A stretch of DNA of 64,000 bases, from contig CAZSKP010000014.1 of NCBI GenBank assembly GCA_964607485.1, forward strand, positions 36,085-100,084, given 5' to 3'. The DNA comes from an uncultured bacterium (lineage in GTDB: Bacteria; Abyssobacteria; SURF-5). The position numbers were made by a program, and so were the translations under genes. The notes under the pieces are model-generated. The model did not search any database. It saw only the letters and a list, made by a program, of their open reading frames with translations, and was not told the DNA's origin. Each line of letters begins with the position of its first letter. Within the stretch, counting starts at the first letter, position 1. Below, one piece after another: positions 1-9,540 of this stretch.

Positions 1-1
1 C

Positions 2-199
2 GCTGTCATTGCGCCCGAGTATCTCGCCCACGTCTTCGACCCGTTCTTCACGACCAAGTCCGACGGCACAGGGCTCGGCCTTCCGATTGTCAGAAGAATA
101 CTGAAAGCGCACGGCGGCTCGGTGGAAATATCAAGCGAAACGGGCCACGGCACGCGCGTAACCCTCACGCTCCCGCTCAACTCGGAGAACACGGAATGA
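2..199 (+). CDS. Sensor histidine kinase, C-terminal HATPase fragment (5' end outside window)
   Basis: Frame 2 reads ...HVFDPFFTTKSDGTGLGLPIVRRILKAHGGSVEISSETGHGTRVTLTLP (F and G2 boxes); TGA overlaps the ATG of the next gene (ATGA). Confidence 0.9.
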   Translation, partial: AVIAPEYLAHVFDPFFTTKSDGTGLGLPIVRRILKAHGGSVEISSETGHGTRVTLTLPLNSENTE

Positions 200-1584
200 A
201 TTCAGAGAAGATATTGCTCGTCGATGACGACTCAAGCCTGCGCAAGGTGCTCCAATTCAACCTCGAACAGGAAGGCTACACCGTCATCCCGGCCTCGGAC
301 GGGAAAGAGGCGCTGGAGCTGTACACCGAACACGAGCCCGCGCTGGTCATCACCGATATCAAAATGCCGGGAATGGACGGCATCGACCTGCTCAAGGAAA
401 TCAAGAGGCGCGACATCGAACAGCTCGTCGTCGTCATAACGGCCTTCGGGACGATCGATACGGCCATCGAGGCCATGAAGCTCGGTGCGTACGATTACAT
501 AACGAAGCCGTTCAACCGCGACGAGCTGAGGATGGTCGTGCGCAAGGCGCTCGAGCTCGAGCGGCTGCGCTCACGCGCCCGGCTCCTGGAAGCACAACTG
601 GTCGAGCGCTTCAGCTTCGAGAACATCATCGGCGGAAGCTCGCGCATGGCGGAGGTGTTCGAAATGGTCCGGCGCGTCGCCCCCAGCGATGTGACCGTGC
701 TCATCAAGGGGGAAAGCGGAACCGGAAAGGAGCTTATCGCGCGCGCGATCCACTACAACAGTCCCCGCTCGAAGGAGAATTTTGTCGCGGTCAACTGCTC
801 GGCGATTCCGGAAAATCTTCTCGAAAGCGAACTGTTCGGACACAAGAAGGGCGCCTTTACTGGAGCGGTTGCCGACAAGGTCGGCAAGTTTGAGCTGTCC
901 AGCGGGGGCACGATATTCCTCGACGAGGTGGCCGACCTGCGGTTCGAGCTCCAGGCAAAGCTGCTGCGCGTGCTCCAGGAGAAAGAAATCGAGCGCGTGG
1001 GCGATCCCCGCCCCATCAAGGTGGATATCCGCGTCATCGCCGCCACCAACAAGGACCTCGAGGCCATGCTGGCCGACGGGCAATTCCGCGAAGACCTCTA
1101 TCATCGCATCAACGTCGTCCCGATACCGCTCCCGCCGCTGCGCGAAAGGAGCGACGACATTCCGCTCCTCGTGCATCATTTCAAGAACAAGTTCGGCGAG
1201 GCCGAATGCACGGTGGAGCCCGAAGTGCTGTCCGCCTTGAAGAGCTACCCGTGGCCTGGCAACGTGCGCGAGCTCGAAAACGTCGTCCAGCGCTCGCTCC
1301 TGCTGCGAAAGAATCCCGAGCGCCTGACCCTCGACGACCTGCCCGACCACATCCGCGGCGCCGCGACCGCAGCGCCGGAGCATCTGTTCCACATCCCCGA
1401 CGAAGGGCTGAACCTCGAAGAGGTCGAGAAGGAGCTTTTGTCCTACAGCCTCCGAAAGCACAACTGGAACCAGACCCGCGCCGCCAAGTTCCTTGGCATC
1501 ACCCGCCAAGCCCTGATCTACCGGATGGACAAATACGGCCTGAAATCCGAAAAACCCGACACGGCAGACCAGCCGGAAGAATGA
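196..1584 (+). CDS. NtrC/AtoC-family sigma-54-dependent response regulator (REC, AAA+, Fis-type HTH)
   Basis: REC LLVDDD...DIKMP; Walker A GESGTGKE; GAFTGA; FLDEV; C-terminal WNQTRAAKFLGITR HTH. Confidence 0.95.
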   Translation: MNSEKILLVDDDSSLRKVLQFNLEQEGYTVIPASDGKEALELYTEHEPALVITDIKMPGMDGIDLLKEIKRRDIEQLVVVITAFGTIDTAIEAMKLGAYDYITKPFNRDELRMVVRKALELERLRSRARLLEAQLVERFSFENIIGGSSRMAEVFEMVRRVAPSDVTVLIKGESGTGKELIARAIHYNSPRSKENFVAVNCSAIPENLLESELFGHKKGAFTGAVADKVGKFELSSGGTIFLDEVADLRFELQAKLLRVLQEKEIERVGDPRPIKVDIRVIAATNKDLEAMLADGQFREDLYHRINVVPIPLPPLRERSDDIPLLVHHFKNKFGEAECTVEPEVLSALKSYPWPGNVRELENVVQRSLLLRKNPERLTLDDLPDHIRGAATAAPEHLFHIPDEGLNLEEVEKELLSYSLRKHNWNQTRAAKFLGITRQALIYRMDKYGLKSEKPDTADQPEE

Positions 1585-1690
1585 TTCATATCGGGACACG
1601 TCGCATATTGTCACGGCCCGGATTAGGCGAGCACGGGCTGTCGGAAGGCGAAATCGGGCCTCGTGCGGGTCAGTGGAGGGAAATTTCTTG

Positions 1691-1720
1691 TTGCAAACAA
1701 AAAATCAGTCGTGATATAAT
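1691..1720 (+). promoter_or_regulatory. Putative sigma-70 promoter upstream of the DUF167-PNP operon
   Basis: TTGCAA-18 nt-TATAAT with extended -10 TG. Confidence 0.55.
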
Positions 1721-1758
1721 CGCGCGATTAGGGGAAAAACGGAGAGGACGAGGGTCCT

Positions 1759-2058
1759 TTGGCATATCTGGAAGCGACGCGAGACGGGGTCGTCCTCTGT
1801 GTTCGCGTTCAGCCACGCTCGTCGAGGAACGAGGTGGCAGGCGTGATGGGCGATTGCCTGAAATTGCGGGTAAACGCGCCGCCGGTCGAGGGAGCCGCCA
1901 ATGAGGCGTGTCGTCAGTTCCTCTCCAAGCTGTTCGGAATCGCGAAAGGGCGCGTGAAGATACTGTCGGGCGCGAAATCCCGGCAAAAGCGCATCCTTTT
2001 GGAAGGCCTCGACGAGGGAACGGCCTCGGCTCGGATATCCGAATTACTGCAACGATAA
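1759..2058 (+). CDS. DUF167 (YggU/UPF0235) family protein
   Basis: VRVQPRSSRNEV, LKLRVNAPPVEGAAN, GAKSRQK motifs; TTG start after GAGG. Confidence 0.88.
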   Translation: MAYLEATRDGVVLCVRVQPRSSRNEVAGVMGDCLKLRVNAPPVEGAANEACRQFLSKLFGIAKGRVKILSGAKSRQKRILLEGLDEGTASARISELLQR

Positions 2059-2232
2059 GAGTAGCACTATTCCTCTGCCGGGAGAATAGTTGGGAAGGAG
2101 AACCGCTATTGCTCGATCTCAGGCGAACCATTCGGATATCCGAATTACTGCAACGATAAGAGTAGCACTATTCCTCTGCCGGGAGAATAGTTGGGAAGGA
2201 GAACCGCTATTGCTCGATCTCAGGCGAACCAT
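2031..2232. repeat. Exact 101-bp tandem duplication (2031-2131 and 2132-2232)
   Basis: Both copies read TCGGATATCCGAATTACTG...CAGGCGAACCAT with no mismatch seen. Confidence 0.95.
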
Positions 2233-3034
2233 TAATGAGACCAGCGCCGCAATCAAGAAGAGGGTCAGTATAAAACCGACAGTAGGCATCATTCTAGGCA
2301 CCGGGTTGGGCGAACTCGTAAAGGAGATCAAGGGCAAAAAGTCTATTCCCTACGACGAGCTTCCGAATCTTCCCGTCTCCACGGTGAAAAGCCACGAGAA
2401 TCAGATGGTCTTCGGCAAAATCGGGCAGAAAACCGTCGTCGCGATGCAGGGACGCTTTCACTACTACGAGGGATATTCGATGAAAGAGATCACGTTCCCC
2501 GTCAGGGTGATGAAGGCGCTCGGCATCAAGACGCTCGTCGTGTCGAACGCTGCCGGCGGAATGAATCCCGATTTCAAGGCCGGCGACCTCATGCTGATAA
2601 CCGACCACATCAACCTGATGGGCGACAACCCGCTCATAGGCCCGAACGACGACGCGCTGGGGTCGCGGTTCCCCGACATGATCGAACCCTACGACGGCGC
2701 GCTCGCCCGGTTGGTGGAGAGAGTGGCCCTGGAGGAAAAGATACCGCTCAGGCGGGGCGTGTACGTCGCCGTCACCGGGCCGAACCTCGAAACGAGGGCC
2801 GAATACCGTTTTCTGAGAACGATAGGGGCCGACGCCGTTGGCATGTCAACCGTGCCCGAGGTCATCGTGGCCGTTCATGCCGGCCTACGGGTGCTCGGAA
2901 TAAGCTGCATCACCGATGAATGTCTTCCCGACGCCTTGAAACCGGCGAACATCGAGATGATACTGAAGGTCGCCGCAGAAGCCGAGCCGAAGCTCAGCCG
3001 GCTCATAAGCGAGACAATCAAGTCCATGCGCTGA
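2210..3034 (+). CDS. punA: Purine nucleoside phosphorylase (PNP-I, inosine/guanosine type)
   Basis: [46 protein letters not shown] start at 2210 after GGAAGGAG (the longer listed ORF runs through the duplication). Confidence 0.9.
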   Translation: MLDLRRTINETSAAIKKRVSIKPTVGIILGTGLGELVKEIKGKKSIPYDELPNLPVSTVKSHENQMVFGKIGQKTVVAMQGRFHYYEGYSMKEITFPVRVMKALGIKTLVVSNAAGGMNPDFKAGDLMLITDHINLMGDNPLIGPNDDALGSRFPDMIEPYDGALARLVERVALEEKIPLRRGVYVAVTGPNLETRAEYRFLRTIGADAVGMSTVPEVIVAVHAGLRVLGISCITDECLPDALKPANIEMILKVAAEAEPKLSRLISETIKSMR

Positions 3035-3081
3035 ACGCGGGGGCGCCACTCGAAAAGGACGGGGAGGTCAGGGAAAAAGAC

Positions 3082-4083
3082 ATGGGAACCTTCATAGCCA
3101 GAGTTCTTCTGGTGGTATTCAGCGCCTCCATAGGGTATGTGATCGGCGGCACGTTCGAGCCTGTGGCGACGTGGCACTCGTTGCTCGGTTTGCTCATCGG
3201 CACCGTCGTCGCGTTCGCGGTGATAGCGATCGAATTCCTGATCAAGAAATTCTCGTTCGAAGGGCTTGTCGCGCCAACCGTCGGGATGATACTGGGGATG
3301 GTCATAGCCAGCTTTATTGTCCAATGGCTGGACCTCGTGGTCCCCACCGAATTCGTCCTGTTCCAGCAGGCCAGACACTTTTTAATGATCGCCCTCATGC
3401 TCTTCCTGGGCTACCTCGGCTTCTCCATCGGGTTCAAGCTGAAGGGTGACCTCAGAATACTCCCGGCCCCGCAGTTCGGACGGGGAGCGCTCAACGCGCC
3501 GAAAGTGCTCGATACGAGCGTGATCATCGACGGCCGCATAGCCGACATCTGCAAGCTGGGGTTCGTCGAGGGCACATTGGTCATCCCCCGCTTCGTCCTG
3601 AATGAGCTGCAAGGCATTGCCGACTCGCCCGAGCCGCTTCGGCGGACCCGCGGGAGGCGGGGCCTGGACATCCTCAACGAGATCCAGAAGCAGGTATCCA
3701 TAGACGTTCGCATCAGCGAGGTGGACTTCTCCGACGTGCGCGAGGTCGATTCGAAGCTGGTCAGGCTGGCCAAACAGTTGAACGCCAAAATAGTCACGAA
3801 CGATTTCAACCTGAACAAGATCGCCCAATTTCAGGGAATCGAAGTGCTCAACGTCAACGACCTGGCCAACGCGCTCAAGCCGATAGTGCTGCCCGATGAG
3901 GACTTCATCATCAAGATCATCAAGGAAGGCAAGGAGCCGGGGCAGGGAGTCGGCTACCTCGACGACGGGACGATGGTTGTGGTGGAAAGCGGCTCTAGGC
4001 TGATTGGGAGGGAAGTGAAGGTCACGGTCACAAGCGTTCTTCAGACCTCGGCCGGCCAGATGGTATTCACCAAGATCAAGTGA
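3082..4083 (+). CDS. PIN/TRAM-domain membrane protein (YacL family)
   Basis: N-terminal TM helices, [38 protein letters not shown]; position upstream of ispDF. Confidence 0.92.
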   Translation: MGTFIARVLLVVFSASIGYVIGGTFEPVATWHSLLGLLIGTVVAFAVIAIEFLIKKFSFEGLVAPTVGMILGMVIASFIVQWLDLVVPTEFVLFQQARHFLMIALMLFLGYLGFSIGFKLKGDLRILPAPQFGRGALNAPKVLDTSVIIDGRIADICKLGFVEGTLVIPRFVLNELQGIADSPEPLRRTRGRRGLDILNEIQKQVSIDVRISEVDFSDVREVDSKLVRLAKQLNAKIVTNDFNLNKIAQFQGIEVLNVNDLANALKPIVLPDEDFIIKIIKEGKEPGQGVGYLDDGTMVVVESGSRLIGREVKVTVTSVLQTSAGQMVFTKIK

Positions 4084-4183
4084 ACCTCCCGCGCGTCGCT
4101 CGCGCACCCGCCGACCCGCATCCCCCGCCGTGAAACAGCGCCAGGGCATACGTTTATCCGTCTGAGAGACGGGACAATACCGG

Positions 4184-4876
4184 ATGCGCGCCGTAGCCAT
4201 AATACCAGCCGCCGGACGCGGAGAGAGGATGCGGTCGCCGACCCCCAAGGCGCTCACGCCGCTGCTGGGCAGGCCTCTCCTCGCATGGACTCTCGAACCA
4301 ATCATCGACGTCGGCCTTTTTTCTGAGATCCTCATAGCATGTCCGCCCGAACAGAGGGACCTCGTCGGCCGAGTTCTGAGTGAAGAGATCAATGCCGGGG
4401 CGAGCGCGAGAGCGGTTGCCGGAGGCGAAACAAGGCAGGACTCGGTCGCCAACTGTCTCCGGGAAATTTCGGTCCAATGCGACCTGGTGGCGATTCACGA
4501 CGGAGCCCGGCCGCTGTTGACCCCTCAGCTCATGCTGGACGTTCTCGGCCGAGCGGGCGAGACGGGCGCGGCAATAGCCGCCGTCCCGTGCAATGACACC
4601 GTCAAACTCTGCGATGAGGACGGTGTTGTGTCTGAGACCCTCGACCGGTCGCGCCTTCGGCTGGTGCAGACGCCCCAGTGCTTTCAACACGACCTGCTCG
4701 TCCGCGCGCATGAAAAAGCGCGCCGAGAGGGATACACCGCCACCGACGACTCTGCCCTCGTGGAACGCGCGGGCGCGTCGGTGCACGTCGTCATGGGCTC
4801 ATACGAAAACATAAAGGTGACAACCCCCGAGGACATCCTGTTTTGTGAGGAAGTCCTCAAGCGGAGGCAGGTCTGA
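4184..4876 (+). CDS. ispD: 2-C-methyl-D-erythritol 4-phosphate cytidylyltransferase
   Basis: IIPAAGRGERM, GGETRQDSV, IHDGARP, QTPQ, TDD, NIKVTTPED. Confidence 0.96.
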   Translation: MRAVAIIPAAGRGERMRSPTPKALTPLLGRPLLAWTLEPIIDVGLFSEILIACPPEQRDLVGRVLSEEINAGASARAVAGGETRQDSVANCLREISVQCDLVAIHDGARPLLTPQLMLDVLGRAGETGAAIAAVPCNDTVKLCDEDGVVSETLDRSRLRLVQTPQCFQHDLLVRAHEKARREGYTATDDSALVERAGASVHVVMGSYENIKVTTPEDILFCEEVLKRRQV

Positions 4877-5352
4877 TGCGAGTCGGCCTCGGGTTCGACA
4901 TACATCGCCTCGCCAAGGGCGACGGCGTCGTGCTCGGAGGAGTGAAGATACCCTTCGAGAAGAAGTTGATTGGCCACTCTGACGCCGATGTGCTCTGCCA
5001 CGCGCTGATAGACGCGCTCCTCGGCGCGGCGGGCCTCGGCGACATCGGCCAGCATTTCCCCGACACCGACCCGAAGTACAAAGGCGCCTCGAGCATCGGA
5101 CTTCTGAGGCAGGTGGCCGCCGAAGTCCGGTCCGCAGGCTACGGGATCTGCAACGTCGATGCAGTCGTCGTCGCCGAGGCGCCCCGACTGTTGGAACATA
5201 GGGCGAATATACAGGGCACGATCGCGGAGGCGCTGGCCGTCGAGGTTTCGCGCGTGAGCGTGAAGGGCAAGACGGCGGAGGGAATCGGCCCAATCGGAGC
5301 CGGCGAGGCAATCTGTGTGCATGCCGTCGCGCTGCTCGAAGAGGCGAAATGA
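4876..5352 (+). CDS. ispF: 2-C-methyl-D-erythritol 2,4-cyclodiphosphate synthase
   Basis: RVGLGFDIH, GHSDADVLCHA, DIGQHFPDTD, VKGKT. Confidence 0.96.
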   Translation: MRVGLGFDIHRLAKGDGVVLGGVKIPFEKKLIGHSDADVLCHALIDALLGAAGLGDIGQHFPDTDPKYKGASSIGLLRQVAAEVRSAGYGICNVDAVVVAEAPRLLEHRANIQGTIAEALAVEVSRVSVKGKTAEGIGPIGAGEAICVHAVALLEEAK

Positions 5353-6803
5353 CGGAAGTCAGGGTAAGATTCGCGCCAAGTCCCACGGGCTATCTTCACA
5401 TCGGTGGAGCGAGGACCGCCCTCATAAACTGGGCGTTTGCCAGGCAAAACGGCGGCACGTTTGTGCTCCGGATCGAGGATACCGACGCCGAGCGTTCGAC
5501 CGAGGCCTCGTTCGAGGCGATGACCGCATCGCTCAAGTGGCTCGGCCTGGAGTGGGACGAGGGAACGGAGAAAGGAGGCCCCCACGGCCCGTACCGCCAG
5601 TCGGAATGTTTTCAGATGTACGAGAGCGAGGCGGCGAAGCTGCTCGAGGCCGGGAATGCTTACCACTGCTACTGTCTGCCCGAGGAGCTTGAGCAGCGGC
5701 GCAAGCTGGCGTTGAGCGAAGGCCGCACGTCGGGCTATGACAACCGGTGCCGGCTTCTCTCTTCGTCTCAGAAGGAAGAATTCGTCCGGGAAGGACGCCG
5801 GCCGGTCGTCAGGTTCCGCGTCCCAGACGCGCAGGCGGTCTTCGTTGACGACATGGTGCGAGGCCGGGTGCGTTTCGATCCCGGGACAATAAGCGATTTC
5901 ATCATCCTGAGGGCCGACGGCAGACCGACTTTCCATTTCGCGAATGTGCTCGACGACGTGCGGATGCGCATTACGCACGTTATCAGGGGCGACGACCATC
6001 TGCCCAACACACCGAGGCATGTGCTGCTGTACAAGGCGCTGGGCGCGGAGCCGCCCCGTTTCGCGCACCATTCTCTCATCCACGGCCCCGATGGCGCCCG
6101 CCTGAGCAAGCGGCACGGGGCGACCGCCATCGAGGAGTTCAAAGAGGCGGGCTACCTGCCGGAGGCGCTTGTAAACTGGTTTGGGCTGTTGGGCTTTGCG
6201 CCTCCCGACGGTCAGGAGGTGTTCGGGCTGCGCGAGTTTGCGCAGCACCTCGACCTGCCCGCGCTGGGAAAGAGCGCCGCCATCTTCGACCGCGCCAAGC
6301 TGGACTGGCTCAACGGAATCTACATCCGCAACATGTCCTCGGACAGGCTCTGGAAGCTCTGCGAACCGTACCTGACCAGGGCCGGGTACGACGTGACCGG
6401 ATACTCGGAACAGTCGCTCGCCAATATCGTCGATTCGATAAGGCGCAACATGACGGTGCTGCCGGACTGCGTCGAACAGGCGGCGCCGTACTTCAGGCCC
6501 ATCGAGGAGCTGCTCGAGCCCGATGCGCGCGAATACCTGAAATCGACCCCGGCCGCGCGCGAGGTGGTCGCCGCCTTTGCCGAGGAGTTGAAGAACAGAA
6601 ATTCTCTCGCGCCGGAAGACATACGAGCAATCGGCAAAGCCCTGCAAAAGAAGGTTGGAGCAAAAGGTAAGGACCTGTACATGCCCATACGCATCGCCGT
6701 TACGGGCAGAGTGCACGGACCCGAACTCACACACGCGCTTCCGTTGCTCGGCACGGCGGGCTGCCTGCGTCGTATCGAAAGAATTCAAGCGACGGTCTGG
6801 TAA
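5349..6803 (+). CDS. gltX: Glutamate--tRNA ligase
   Basis: RFAPSPTGYLHIGG (HIGH motif), LRIEDTD, CYC zinc site, RLSKRHG (KMSKS-like), anticodon-binding C-terminus. Confidence 0.95.
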   Translation: MTEVRVRFAPSPTGYLHIGGARTALINWAFARQNGGTFVLRIEDTDAERSTEASFEAMTASLKWLGLEWDEGTEKGGPHGPYRQSECFQMYESEAAKLLEAGNAYHCYCLPEELEQRRKLALSEGRTSGYDNRCRLLSSSQKEEFVREGRRPVVRFRVPDAQAVFVDDMVRGRVRFDPGTISDFIILRADGRPTFHFANVLDDVRMRITHVIRGDDHLPNTPRHVLLYKALGAEPPRFAHHSLIHGPDGARLSKRHGATAIEEFKEAGYLPEALVNWFGLLGFAPPDGQEVFGLREFAQHLDLPALGKSAAIFDRAKLDWLNGIYIRNMSSDRLWKLCEPYLTRAGYDVTGYSEQSLANIVDSIRRNMTVLPDCVEQAAPYFRPIEELLEPDAREYLKSTPAAREVVAAFAEELKNRNSLAPEDIRAIGKALQKKVGAKGKDLYMPIRIAVTGRVHGPELTHALPLLGTAGCLRRIERIQATVW

Positions 6804-6823
6804 GATTGCACCGGAAAATTTGC

Positions 6824-6852
6824 TTGCATTCCCGAAAAGGCTCTGATAGAAT
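6824..6852 (+). promoter_or_regulatory. Putative sigma-70 promoter for the HU/IHF gene
   Basis: TTGCAT-17 nt-TAGAAT with extended TG. Confidence 0.5.
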
Positions 6853-6970
6853 TACGCCGTTTATTATCGAAGGGGATGTCGGCCGGAGGCCAATCGCCTC
6901 GGGGTGAATCCTTCTCTTTCGAGCACTAACTAGAATGGGATATGTTTTGCATGGATGGGGGTGGCTTGCA

Positions 6971-7243
6971 TTGACAAAACAAGAACTCATCGATATCGTC
7001 TCCGAAAAAGGCGGCCTCACAAAGAAAGAGACCGGCGCGGTGCTTGATATAATCCTCGACACCATAACCGAGAGCATGAAGCGGGGGGAAAAGGTGGCCC
7101 TCGTTGGGTTTGGCACGTTCGAGGCTAAGACGCGGAAGGCCCGCGAAGGCCGTAACCCGGCAACCGGCGAAACCATTCAGATCGCGGCTCGCACCGTTCC
7201 CTCATTCAAGGCCGGGCGCGCGCTCAAAGAGGCATTGGCATAG
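6971..7243 (+). CDS. hup: HU/IHF-family histone-like DNA-binding protein
   Basis: TKQELID...GFGTFE...AREGRNPATGETIQIAA..VPSFKAG; TTG start inferred. Confidence 0.93.
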   Translation: MTKQELIDIVSEKGGLTKKETGAVLDIILDTITESMKRGEKVALVGFGTFEAKTRKAREGRNPATGETIQIAARTVPSFKAGRALKEALA

Positions 7244-7324
7244 TTCCGACCCCCCGGCCCGCAGAGTCCCGTCGGTCCAGGATGCGGAAGTGATTGGGGT
7301 GCTGCCCATGTTCGGAGGCTACGG

Positions 7325-7675
7325 ATGGATGGGAAAGCCCCAAAGAAGATATACTTCTCCATTGGCGAAGTCAGTGCAATGACAGATGTTCCGCAGCACG
7401 TCCTTCGTTACTGGGAAGAGGTTTTTCCGTCTCTGAGACCCCCGAAGAGGCGGAGCGGAACCCGCGCCTACCGACAGCAGGACATCGAAAAAGTGCGCCT
7501 CATCAGGCGGCTTCTCTATAAGGAGGGCTACACCATCCGGGGCGCCCGCAAGCGTCTGCGGGGGGAGATGGCGGAACACGAAAAGGCGGAGAAATTCAAG
7601 TCGTTCTCCGCCGCGCTCACCGACATCGAAAAAAGTCTGGAAAATATCATAGAGATCCTCGACTCCGACCGGTAG
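7325..7675 (+). CDS. MerR-family HTH protein (the type found between ihfA/hup and tRNA-Pro)
   Basis: YFSIGEVS...HVLRYWE...RRSGTRAY...LLYKEGYTIRGA. Confidence 0.9.
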   Translation: MDGKAPKKIYFSIGEVSAMTDVPQHVLRYWEEVFPSLRPPKRRSGTRAYRQQDIEKVRLIRRLLYKEGYTIRGARKRLRGEMAEHEKAEKFKSFSAALTDIEKSLENIIEILDSDR

Positions 7676-7717
7676 GCCCGCCCGCGACGACCGCATTATT
7701 GTCCGGTTTGCGGGTGC

Positions 7718-7746
7718 TTGAATTTTCCTTTCCTTTAGAGTAAGAT
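7718..7746 (+). promoter_or_regulatory. Putative sigma-70 promoter for tRNA-Pro
   Basis: TTGAAT-17 nt-TAAGAT about 70 nt upstream of the tRNA. Confidence 0.45.
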
Positions 7747-7817
7747 AATAATATGCGGGAAGCTCGCCGGAGGTTGCTCGGGGTGGGCACAGCGGGGCGG
7801 CTTCTCTGCTAGAAATT

Positions 7818-7894
7818 CGGGGCGTGGCGCAGTTGGTTAGCGTGCTTGACTGGGGGTCAAGAGGTCGCTGGTTCAAATCCAGTCGCCCCGACCA
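7818..7894 (+). tRNA. tRNA-Pro (anticodon GGG)
   Basis: 77 nt; acceptor CGGGGCG/CGCCCCG; anticodon arm CTTGA-CTGGGGG-TCAAG; T loop GGTTCAAATCC; encoded ACCA end. Confidence 0.97.
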
Positions 7895-7911
7895 CGCAAC
7901 TATTTGAGAAT

Positions 7912-7945
7912 AGGCCACTTATGAAGCTATGTAAGGAGCCTTTTC
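7912..7945 (+). terminator. Imperfect hairpin with T tract after tRNA-Pro
   Basis: AGGCCACTTAT...GTAAGGAGCCT followed by TTT. Confidence 0.35.
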
Positions 7946-8032
7946 TGCTTTTTCTCCCCACCGTGTGGCCCAAGTCGTGGCGCACAAAACTGCCATATAT
8001 CGCATTTAATCTCATTCTTTGCAACCAATCGC

Positions 8033-8059
8033 GCCTGCTTGACCGGATGTCAAGCAGGC
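8033..8059. repeat. Perfect 11-bp inverted repeat near the islet 1 left end
   Basis: GCCTGCTTGAC-cggat-GTCAAGCAGGC. Confidence 0.7.
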
Positions 8060-8291
8060 TCATGCAACCTCGTTGCGTAACTCAGGCATTGGGAGGGCGT
8101 ATCTGTTAAGAAAAGCTTACCTGCTACCACCATTATTTGACGCTACAATTAACCAGGATTTCCTTGCTGAAACGTAAGCCAGCATGATATGAATATGACC
8201 AAGCGTGTACTCGTAGTGCAGATTGGTCGTCAGGTGAAAGCCGTATATCATATCCTCCTTCCTGGAGTGCATCCGTAACTAGAGGTAAGTA

Positions 8292-9524
8292 ATGCTACGA
8301 GTTCATGAGGTAGAGTTGTCCCAACTGAGGCCTTGGGAGGACAACCCGAGGCTAAACGACCGAGCGGTTGACTCAGTCGTCCGCAGCATCCGCACCTTCG
8401 GCTTCAATGTTCCGATTCTTTGTGACCAGAATCTGACAATCATCGCAGGCCACACGCGCTGGAAAGCCGCGAGGCAAATGGGGCTGGAGGCGGTCCCTGT
8501 GATCGTTCTCAAGATGTCGGACTCGGAGAGGCGAGCATTTTCAGTAGCGGACAACAAGACGGCCGAGATCGCCGACTGGGATTTTTCAAAGCTCCGGGAG
8601 GTTCTGGAAGAATTGAGTTCAGAAAACGTTATTCTGGAGAATCTGGGTTTCAGCGAAGAAGAGTTGCGTCGATTTCTCGGGGACGCGGGTGAGGATGAGG
8701 ATGAACTTCCAGAGGTTGAAGGCGATCCGCAAACGAAAGAAGGTGACCTTATAGTTCTCGGCCCTCATCGTTTGCTGTGTGGTGATTCAAGAGACGCAAG
8801 AATGGTCGATGTTTTGACACAAGGGGAGAAAGTTGACCATGTGTTTGGAGGGCCACCGTATTTCAACCAGCGAGACTACGCCCATTGGGATGAATATTCG
8901 CAATACCTGCTCGACATGCGAAAGATCATCGATAACTGTCGCGACATACTCAAGGACGGTGGTGTGCTCATGTGGAACATAGCAAACGAGTGCGCATCGC
9001 ATCGCGATCACACGAGCCACCATTCCATATTGATGGAGGAATCGGGATTACGTTATTTGGATACCATCATATGGTCAAAGCAAGGTGCCAATTACGCCAT
9101 CCCAAGGAATTTTCATATTCGGCGCAATCGCTGTTACTATCCAGATCTCAAATGGGAAGCGCTACTTGTATTCCAGAAATCGGGCGATATGCCAAGAATG
9201 ACGCATGAGGGCGTTGAGTACATGTCGGAGTACCACACTGATGTCTGGGAGATACCGGCCGTCACGAATCAACTGGAAAAATACGGACATCCAGCTGTGT
9301 GTCCCGTGGAAATACCATACCGTTCTCTCCAGGCCTACACCGGAAGTAAAGCAAGTGTCTTTGAGCCTTTCGGCGGCTCCGGGACAACCTTGATTGCGGC
9401 CGAGAAAGCGTCACGGCGTGCATTTGTTATGGAAAGAGATCCCTTTTACTGTGATATAATTACTAAACGCTGGGGAAATATGACAGAAGAAAAGGCAAAT
9501 CGACTGCACATCGTCCTATCATAG
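8292..9524 (+). CDS. ParB/Srx N-terminal domain fused to a beta-class N4/N6 DNA methyltransferase
   Basis: NPR, FGFNVPI, IIAGHTR, ADNK (ParB-N); HRLLCGDS; motif IV variant GPPY precedes motif I FEPFGGSGTT. Confidence 0.88.
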   Translation: MLRVHEVELSQLRPWEDNPRLNDRAVDSVVRSIRTFGFNVPILCDQNLTIIAGHTRWKAARQMGLEAVPVIVLKMSDSERRAFSVADNKTAEIADWDFSKLREVLEELSSENVILENLGFSEEELRRFLGDAGEDEDELPEVEGDPQTKEGDLIVLGPHRLLCGDSRDARMVDVLTQGEKVDHVFGGPPYFNQRDYAHWDEYSQYLLDMRKIIDNCRDILKDGGVLMWNIANECASHRDHTSHHSILMEESGLRYLDTIIWSKQGANYAIPRNFHIRRNRCYYPDLKWEALLVFQKSGDMPRMTHEGVEYMSEYHTDVWEIPAVTNQLEKYGHPAVCPVEIPYRSLQAYTGSKASVFEPFGGSGTTLIAAEKASRRAFVMERDPFYCDIITKRWGNMTEEKANRLHIVLS

Positions 9525-9540
9525 CGGGAGGCATGCGAGA

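Noticed and set aside
2031-2232. CRISPR array or small RNA repeat
   Set aside because: Two adjacent 101-bp copies with no spacer, overlapping coding ends; no cas genes in the window
571-6788. Long antisense ORFs such as 571-1614, 3382-4452 and 5139-6788 (also 52345-53550, 58619-60037)
   Set aside because: Shadow frames of well-supported genes in GC-rich DNA with no recognisable motifs
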